A stretch of DNA of 63,975 nucleotides, the filler included, from Caldilineae bacterium (GTDB lineage: Bacteria > Chloroflexota > Anaerolineae > DTLA01): assembly GCA_037446815.1 (NCBI GenBank). It is 8 parts of 8 records of this genome, joined end to end, with 100 filler letters (N's around TTAATTAATTAA, not from the genome) between each part and the next. Parts side by side here need not be neighbours in the genome. Positions count along the whole stretch, not along the records: positions 56,699 to 63,975 come from JBBIHX010000145.1; 7 more parts are not named here. The stretch is one strand, 5' to 3'. Positions within the stretch are counted from its first letter, which is position 1. Every line of letters begins with the position of its first letter. The position numbers were made by a program, and so were the translations under genes. The notes under the pieces are model-generated. The model saw nothing but the letters and a program-made list of their open reading frames with translations, did not search any database and was not told where the DNA came from. This document shows, piece after piece, positions 57,584 through 63,975 of the stretch.

Positions 57584-57877
57584 ATGAATGCGCTTCTGAC
57601 GCCGGAAGGATTCCTGGACCCGCGAGCGGCGGGGCTTGCTGCCATCTTCCTGACGCAGTGGCTGAAGATGTACCTGCCCGACAAGCACTGGTCGCAGTTG
57701 CTGGTGCTGGGCATCACGGCGGCGCTGGAGATCGTGGCGGCGACGCTGACCGGCGCGGACTACTGGGGCGCGCTGGCGGCTGCCTTCTGGGGCGCTACGC
57801 TGGCGACATTCGGCTACGAGGCGGTGAAGAACGCTGCCGAACTGCTGGGGCTGAACGGCACGGAGGACGAGGAATGA
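57584..57877 (+). CDS. Small 3-TM membrane protein, holin-like
   Basis: RBS GGAGG; LTQWLK and ATFGYEAVKN resemble phage holin patterns. Confidence 0.5.
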   Translation: MNALLTPEGFLDPRAAGLAAIFLTQWLKMYLPDKHWSQLLVLGITAALEIVAATLTGADYWGALAAAFWGATLATFGYEAVKNAAELLGLNGTEDEE

Positions 57878-57955
57878 TGCGCCGATTGTACGTGCTGCTG
57901 GTGCGCGCCGCCATCTGGGCGGCTGGCCGCTAGGCGATGCGGGCGGGAGGCGGCG

Positions 57956-58399
57956 ATGGCGCGCAATCCGAACAAGCGCCCGTGCGCGGTGGCAGGGTGC
58001 CGCGCGTGGGCGGTGCGGGGCGAGGCGATGTGCGCGGCGCATCGCAAGGCCGCCTCGGCGCGCGGCGAGGCCGAAGGCGTGGTGCAGGCCAGGCCGCTGA
58101 CGGCCGACTACACGCTGGACGACCTGGCCGCCCACGCCGCGCTCGCACTGAATCGGCTGCAGGCTTGGTACGAGGCCCACGCGACCGACGATGAGCCCCG
58201 CTGGATGCTGGCCTACATCCGCCAGTTGTATGGCTGCCTGGCTCGGCTGACGGAACTGTGGAAGGAGCGGGCGGCGCTGGGCGACGGAGAACTGGAGGCG
58301 GCGCTGAACGGCGCGCTGGCCGAGTTACAGCGGGAACTCGCGGCGGAGTCGCCGTCTGGGGCGGGCGGCCCCGCGGCGGACGGGCCCTGCCCGCCATGA
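57956..58399 (+). CDS. Hypothetical protein with N-terminal C-x4-C-x10-C-x2-H zinc finger
   Basis: RBS GGAGG; CAVAGC...MCAAH; helical C-terminus. Confidence 0.6.
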   Translation: MARNPNKRPCAVAGCRAWAVRGEAMCAAHRKAASARGEAEGVVQARPLTADYTLDDLAAHAALALNRLQAWYEAHATDDEPRWMLAYIRQLYGCLARLTELWKERAALGDGELEAALNGALAELQRELAAESPSGAGGPAADGPCPP

Positions 58400-58412
58400 C
58401 CGAGGGGAGGAC

Positions 58413-58575
58413 AACGTGCGGCGCACCTCCGAGGTGCATCGCACGTTCCATATTCGCGGGTACGCTTCTGCCATTCCCACGAAGCGGCGCAGAATCTCAC
58501 GCCCATATCCGCCCAATCCGTGTTATCCGTGGATGCTTCCCCCGAGGCGCGTTGCACGTTGCGTATTCGCGGTCA
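58413..58575. repeat. GTGCGRCGCAC palindrome plus ATTCGCG/ATCCG short repeats
   Basis: Same units as 43943-44172. Confidence 0.75.
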
Positions 58576-58609
58576 CAACTCCGCACGGGCAGGCGACTTC
58601 GTCGGGCCG

Positions 58610-61600
58610 CTACGCGCTCTTCAGCAGGCCCAGCACGCGGGCCAGGGCGCGATGCAAATCGGTGGACTGCACGGGCTTGGTCAGGATGTCGTCCACATCC
58701 TGTGGCGCGATCAGTTCCTGGCCCGTCTTCCCGCCCCAGCCGGTGAGCAGGATGACGGGCGTCTGGGGCGTGTGAGACTTGGAGGCGCGGGCGACCTCGC
58801 GGCCCGTAACCTGGGGCATTCCCAGGTCGGTAATCACCACGCTTATCTCCCCCGGATGGCGCTTCTGGATTTCTCGGATGGCCTCTTCTCCCCCGCCCGC
58901 CATGATGACCTTGTGGCCGGCGCGGGTCAGCATGCGGCCGATGACCGCCCGCACCGCGTCCTCATCGTCCACGAGGAGAATCGTGAGCGGCGGCAGCGCG
59001 GGCAGGGTCTCGTCCTGGCCGAGGGGAAGCGCCTCGGCGCTGATGGGCAGGCGGATGAGGACGGTGGTCCCCTTGCCGGGCTCGCTCTGGAGGTCAATGG
59101 TGCCCCCGTGCCGCTGGACGATGCCGTAGCAGATGGAGAGGCCCAGGCCGGTGCCCTGGCTGCCCTTGGTGCTGAAGAACGGCTCAAAGGCGCGGCGACG
59201 GACCTCTTCGGTCATGCCCACACCCGTGTCGGTTACCGAGAGCAGGACGCGATCGCCATCGGTTTGGGTGTGGATGGTGATGGTGCCGCCGTTGGGCATG
59301 GCGTCCACGGCGTTGGCGATGAGGTTGGTGAGCAGGTCGCGCAGGGCGGCGGCGTCTCCTTGAACGCGGGGCGACGGCCCCAGTTCCAGGCGCGTGTCAA
59401 TGACAAGGCCCTGCTCCTGGGGGATGTCGCGCCAGCGGGGGCGCGTGAGGTCCACCGCCTCGCGGATTACGCGGTTCAGGTCCACGGGCGCGAAGGGTTC
59501 GGCGGCGTCGCGCGGGCGGTAGAACTCGCGCAGGCGGGCAACGATGCTACTAGCGGCCAGCGCCCCACGCCGCGCCCGTTCCACGTCGCTGCGGACCTCG
59601 TCGGGCATAGTCGGGTTCTCCAGCGCCAGTTCCAGGTAGCCCAGGACAGGTGTCAGGACGTTGTTGAAGTCGTGGGCGATGCCCGATGCCATCTGGCCCA
59701 GAGCGCGGAGCCGCTCGGCGCGCATGGCCTCATCCTGGCTCAACTTCAGTTGTTCGTAGGCGCGCTGCAAGTCCTCGTACAGCCGCGCATTGTGGATGGC
59801 CACGGCCAACTGCGCGGCGACGGTTTCCAGAACGCGCTGGTCCGACTCCGAGTAGGCCGCGAGTCGCACTGATTCCACATTGACGACGCCGATGACGCGG
59901 TCGCCAACCTTCATCGGGACGCAGAGTTCGGACCGCATCTCGTCGCGAACGGCGATGTAACGAGGGTCTTCGCGCACGTCGTCCACGCGCAGGGATTCGC
60001 CGTGCTCGGCCACCCAGCCGGTGATCCCGTGTCCCAGGCGAATGCCGAAGGCCCGAACGCGCTCCATCTCGGCGGCGAGGCTCGGCGCATCCATGTCCTT
60101 CTCAATCAGCGCGACAGTCTCCAGGTCGCCGGTCTGCTCGTGTAACAGCATCACACCGCCGTGCTCGTAGCCGATAACATCCGCCAGCGCGCGGATGGCC
60201 TCCTGGGCCAGGGCGATGGGGGGCTGCAACTGCTGCAACCGCTGGCCCACCCGATAGATGGCGGCCAGTTGCTGCAGTTGGTGCTGCGATTGCTCGTAGA
60301 GCATCGCGTTGCGGAGCGCGCCAGCGGCCTGGCGGGCGAAGGCTTCCAGGATGCGGGTGTGGCGCGGGCCGTACTTGCCGGGCTCTGCGCCGTCCACGTT
60401 GATGAACCCTACTACCTCATCCTGCACAATGATGGGAGCGGCGGCCCATGAGCGAATCCACTCCAGGCCGGGCGATTTGACCCACTGCGGGTCGGCCCAT
60501 GTATCCGGAATCACATGCGGCTTGCCGGTCTGCAGCATCGTGCGTAGATTCGGCACTTCCCGCGCAAAGAAGAAAGCTTCGCGGGCGGCGCGTTCGGCGT
60601 CGGGGCCAATGCGCTCGTAGCCGCGCAGGCGCGACAGAATCACGCGCCCGTCCCGAATGGTCTGGATGTTGGCGGCATCGTAGGGGATGACGCGCTCTAA
60701 CAGCACCAGAATCTGGTCCAGAACCTCCTCGGGGTTGAGGCTGCTGCTCAGGGCTACGGCGGCTTGGCGCAACGCCTCGGCAATGCTGTGCTGTTCCTGG
60801 GCCTCGGCGTATAGGCGCGCGTTCTCCAGGGCGACGCCTGCTTGCGCGGCAAACAGCGCCAGCGTGTCGGCATCTTGCTCGGAGTAGGCATTCGGGGCGA
60901 TGCTGTCGGCGTTGATGAAGCCGATGACCTCATCGCGGATGACGATGGGCGCGCCCATCCAGGATCGGCAGAACGGCGCGCGCCCCTGCCACGCCTCCGG
61001 CGCGTACCAGCGCGGCTCGGCGAGAACATCGCGCACGATGGCCGGGCGGCGCGTTTCCACCATTTGCGTGAGCAGGGGCGCCTTCTCCAGCGGCAGCGAG
61101 AGGGTGTACATGTCGGGCGCGACGCCGAACTGCTCATAGCCCCGTCCCCGAATGATGCGCGCTTCGCCGCCCTGGATGAGCTGGATGTTGGCCGCGTCGC
61201 ACCGCACCACCCGCGCCAGGCCGTCCAGGATGCGGTCCAGAATCTCGTCGTAGTCCAGCGTGCTGCTGAGGGCCATCCCGACCTCGCGCAGGGTCTCGGC
61301 CAGGCGTTGTCGTCCCACGGTCTCGGCGTACAAGTTGGCGGTTTCCAGAGCCAACGCCCCATAGTGGGCAATGGATGCCAGCAGGTCCATCTCGGCATCG
61401 GTCAATGAGGGGCGCCCCGTGCCGTCCAATGCCAAGAGACCGTACATCCGTCCGTGCGCTTCCATGGGGGCCAGGATGAGAGTCTCCATGCCAAAGCGGC
61501 GCATCAAATCCTGCAACGGCGCGAGCCGCGCGTCGTCTTGCGCGTTCGGGATGAGGATAGGCCTGCGCTCCCACCCCAGGTCACGGATGCGCGGGAGTTG

Positions 61601-63496
61601 CGCGGTGGGGATGCTCATGCCCATCACGTCCGCCATGGCGGCGGGGACCTGCCCTGCGGCCAGGGTGAGGGTTCCGCGTTCGGCATCGTGCTCCCACGCC
61701 GTACCCTCGCGCACGCCCAGCGCGGCGACAGCCTCGTCGGCCAGGATTTGGAGAATCTGGCGGCTGTCCAAGGTCAGGGCCGCCCTCTCGGCCAGGCGGT
61801 TGAGCACAAGCGCGTGGTTCAGGCGCTCTTGGGTCTGCCCCAGCAGGCGCAAGCGGCCGATGGAAAGGGCGACGAGATTGGCCATGCGCTCCACGGCGTT
61901 CATCTCGTCGGGCGCGAAGGCATGGTGCTGGAAGTAGCCGATGGTGAGGGCGCCCAGTTTGCGGCCCTCGGCGATGAGGGGGAAGGCCGCCGCCGACTGA
62001 ATCGGCTCGCCCACGACCAGGTCGGGCTTGTAGTAGGGTGAATGGTTGAAGTCGTGCACGACGATGGGATGGGCCGCGTCAAGCACCTTGCGCGTCAGGG
62101 TGGGGCGATCCGCCTCGGCTACCGGCGCGAACGTGCGTATGGTGTCGTGGCTGGCCCCGCTGGACGCGGCCAGGCGCATCTCTTCGCGCTTCTCATCCCA
62201 CAGTGTAACGTAGCACACGTCGGCCCCGATGAGGTCCGCCACGCGATCGGCGGTGATCTTGAGGAGCGCGGGCAGGTCCTGGGCCGACGAGGCGATGTGG
62301 GCGATTTCGGCCAGGGTGTTGAGTTCGGTTACCTGGCCTTCCAGGCGCGCCCGATCGCGGTGCTGCCGGGTGAGGTCGTGCGCCACGGCCAGGAACCCGG
62401 GCTCGGGCCCCGATACGCGGGCTACATTGACGCCCACGGGAAACGTCGTTCCGTCGCTACGGCGGGCGACGCCTTCAAACTGGGCGGGGCCATCCGCCGG
62501 GACGCCCCGGAGCCACTCGCGGATTCGCTTGCCGGCCTCGGCGTCGGCGAAGTCCTGCGCCCACAAATACCACATGGGCATCCCGATGAGTTGCTCCCGA
62601 GTGTAGAGGAGTTGTCTCTCGGCCTCTCGGTTGCAGTCGCGGATGACCCCGCGCTGGTCGCAGAGGGCAACGATATCCGGCGCTGCGGCGAAGAGGGCTT
62701 GATAGCGCGCCTCTGCTCCCTCCAGGCTGCGGCGGGTGGCGGTCAACTGGGCCAGGATGTCCAACGCGCCCGACTGGGGCTCGGCAGAGGCGTGGCGGCG
62801 GCGCAGGAAGATGATGAGCCCGGGCATGATGTACAGCCCCACGAGGATGCGCGCCACGAGCGCGGCGCCGAGCATGCCATAGTACGGTACCGGTTCGGGG
62901 TAGAACAGGCTGCCGACAATGAGCACGGCGGCGGCGATGGACGGGATGAGAATAAGCGAGAGGGCGATGGCGGCCCACCGCGGCAGGCGCAGCCGGTGGC
63001 TCAACAGCGCATACACGGGGATGACCGCGAGAAGGCCCGCGGATTCGGCTACGACGGCCGAGATGCCCAGCAGCCAGACTGCGCCCAATGGGATGGACTC
63101 CAGGGGGTGGAGGCCGAAAGCCGGGGCCAGCGTCAGCCCCAGCATCCACGTGATTGTGAAGCCCGCCAGCGCGGTGAGCAGTCCTGCGAGCATAGAGCGC
63201 GCGCTGCGGATTCCCTCCAGGATGTAGGCGATGAGCAGGGCGGGGGGTAGCAAGGTGAGGAGAATGCCCGCGATGAGAAATCGCCTTTCGGGCGAGGCGC
63301 CCAGCACGCCGCCGAAGTAGGCAATGGATAGCGCCAGGAGCTGGATGAAGGTGATTGCCGAAGCCGAGGCCGTCCTTCCGAGGCGATAGGCGAACATCGC
63401 CAGCGCCTCAAGGGCGGCTATGGCGAGAAGCAAGGTAACGATGAGTCCCAGACCAAAACCGGCCACGAACGCCCCCCAAAGCGATGTGAATCGCAT
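58610..63496 (-). CDS. Hybrid sensor histidine kinase (multi-TM, PAS, 5 GAF, HisKA, HATPase, REC)
   Basis: AHDFNN, NLIANAVDA, DTGVG, PFFSTK, GTGLGL, VDDE, TDLGMP, KP; promoter TTGCCA-17-TATACT at 63513-63541. Confidence 0.95.
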   Translation of the reverse strand: MRFTSLWGAFVAGFGLGLIVTLLLAIAALEALAMFAYRLGRTASASAITFIQLLALSIAYFGGVLGASPERRFLIAGILLTLLPPALLIAYILEGIRSARSMLAGLLTALAGFTITWMLGLTLAPAFGLHPLESIPLGAVWLLGISAVVAESAGLLAVIPVYALLSHRLRLPRWAAIALSLILIPSIAAAVLIVGSLFYPEPVPYYGMLGAALVARILVGLYIMPGLIIFLRRRHASAEPQSGALDILAQLTATRRSLEGAEARYQALFAAAPDIVALCDQRGVIRDCNREAERQLLYTREQLIGMPMWYLWAQDFADAEAGKRIREWLRGVPADGPAQFEGVARRSDGTTFPVGVNVARVSGPEPGFLAVAHDLTRQHRDRARLEGQVTELNTLAEIAHIASSAQDLPALLKITADRVADLIGADVCYVTLWDEKREEMRLAASSGASHDTIRTFAPVAEADRPTLTRKVLDAAHPIVVHDFNHSPYYKPDLVVGEPIQSAAAFPLIAEGRKLGALTIGYFQHHAFAPDEMNAVERMANLVALSIGRLRLLGQTQERLNHALVLNRLAERAALTLDSRQILQILADEAVAALGVREGTAWEHDAERGTLTLAAGQVPAAMADVMGMSIPTAQLPRIRDLGWERRPILIPNAQDDARLAPLQDLMRRFGMETLILAPMEAHGRMYGLLALDGTGRPSLTDAEMDLLASIAHYGALALETANLYAETVGRQRLAETLREVGMALSSTLDYDEILDRILDGLARVVRCDAANIQLIQGGEARIIRGRGYEQFGVAPDMYTLSLPLEKAPLLTQMVETRRPAIVRDVLAEPRWYAPEAWQGRAPFCRSWMGAPIVIRDEVIGFINADSIAPNAYSEQDADTLALFAAQAGVALENARLYAEAQEQHSIAEALRQAAVALSSSLNPEEVLDQILVLLERVIPYDAANIQTIRDGRVILSRLRGYERIGPDAERAAREAFFFAREVPNLRTMLQTGKPHVIPDTWADPQWVKSPGLEWIRSWAAAPIIVQDEVVGFINVDGAEPGKYGPRHTRILEAFARQAAGALRNAMLYEQSQHQLQQLAAIYRVGQRLQQLQPPIALAQEAIRALADVIGYEHGGVMLLHEQTGDLETVALIEKDMDAPSLAAEMERVRAFGIRLGHGITGWVAEHGESLRVDDVREDPRYIAVRDEMRSELCVPMKVGDRVIGVVNVESVRLAAYSESDQRVLETVAAQLAVAIHNARLYEDLQRAYEQLKLSQDEAMRAERLRALGQMASGIAHDFNNVLTPVLGYLELALENPTMPDEVRSDVERARRGALAASSIVARLREFYRPRDAAEPFAPVDLNRVIREAVDLTRPRWRDIPQEQGLVIDTRLELGPSPRVQGDAAALRDLLTNLIANAVDAMPNGGTITIHTQTDGDRVLLSVTDTGVGMTEEVRRRAFEPFFSTKGSQGTGLGLSICYGIVQRHGGTIDLQSEPGKGTTVLIRLPISAEALPLGQDETLPALPPLTILLVDDEDAVRAVIGRMLTRAGHKVIMAGGGEEAIREIQKRHPGEISVVITDLGMPQVTGREVARASKSHTPQTPVILLTGWGGKTGQELIAPQDVDDILTKPVQSTDLHRALARVLGLLKSA

Positions 63497-63560
63497 CGTT
63501 CGCTAGAGTACAAGTATATGCACAATTGCGCGGGTTGGCAAGTGGCGCATGCGCGCGCGG

Positions 63561-63975
63561 GAGTCGGCTCCAAAGCCTGTTGGTATTTGTCTTTGCGAGG
63601 GGCGGGGCGCCGAAGCAATCGCCGGGCCGTGGGATTGGGGGGCCAACGTGCGACGCACCTCCGAGGTGCGTCGCACGTGCCCCTCACCCCAGCCCTCTCC
63701 CAGCGGGCGAGGGAGCACGACCGCGCGGGGCTAAACCCCCGCGCTGAGGGGAGGAAGCCCCTTCGGGGCTGCCCCCTCTTCGCGTGGATTCGCGTTATTC
63801 GGGGTTGCCAGAACTGTCATTCCGAGGCGCGAAGCGCCGAGGAATCTCGCCTTCCCCCTGTCCGCCCAATCCGCGCCACCCGCGGATGACCCGTGCACAG
63901 CGCGGGGCTAAACCCCCGCACTGAGGGGAGGAAGCCCCTTCGGGGCTGCCCCCTCTTCGCGTGGATTCGCGTTAT
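63561..63975. repeat. MITE left end followed by a mosaic of several REP-like families with a tandem duplication
   Basis: GAGTCGGCTCCAAAGCCTGTTGG; GTGCGACGCAC palindrome; CCCTCACCCCAGCC hairpin; GCGCGGGGCTAAACCCCCGC...TTCGCGTGGATTCGCGTTAT twice. Confidence 0.8.

Overview
GC-rich bacterial draft sequence, most likely Chloroflexota/Anaerolineae (inferred from gene content, long SRP RNA, GAAC-N4-GTTC LexA box and PT-rich exported proteins). It is eight contigs joined by N50-TTAATTAATTAA-N spacers, plus one internal N gap, so gene order across gaps is meaningless. Content is mostly anaerobic metabolism and housekeeping: a UROD-family gene with a RuBisCO-like protein, a xanthine-dehydrogenase-type Mo enzyme, YgfK, SCP2/Fe-ADH/tungsten AOR, a multiheme cytochrome, an ECF/anti-sigma/ABC module, sensor kinases, hpf, sortase, rsmA, a yabE-like gene, large SRP RNA and tRNA-Ser. 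The most striking signal is non-coding: a ~150-bp MITE family with GAGTCGGTTYCA-like terminal inverted repeats and 8-bp target duplications. It carries interchangeable REP-like cruciform cargo and sits 15-16 bp upstream of the -35 box of sigma70-type promoters at 8 loci. Other highlights are a LexA-boxed Cys-rich orphan gene, a catalytically dead XerC/D-like protein, two terminator-containing leaders, a kinase with a possible YhhQ/Vut-like membrane input, and 9-bp direct repeats at the promoters of two HTH_17-REC paralogs. All calls are by eye; no database searches were run.
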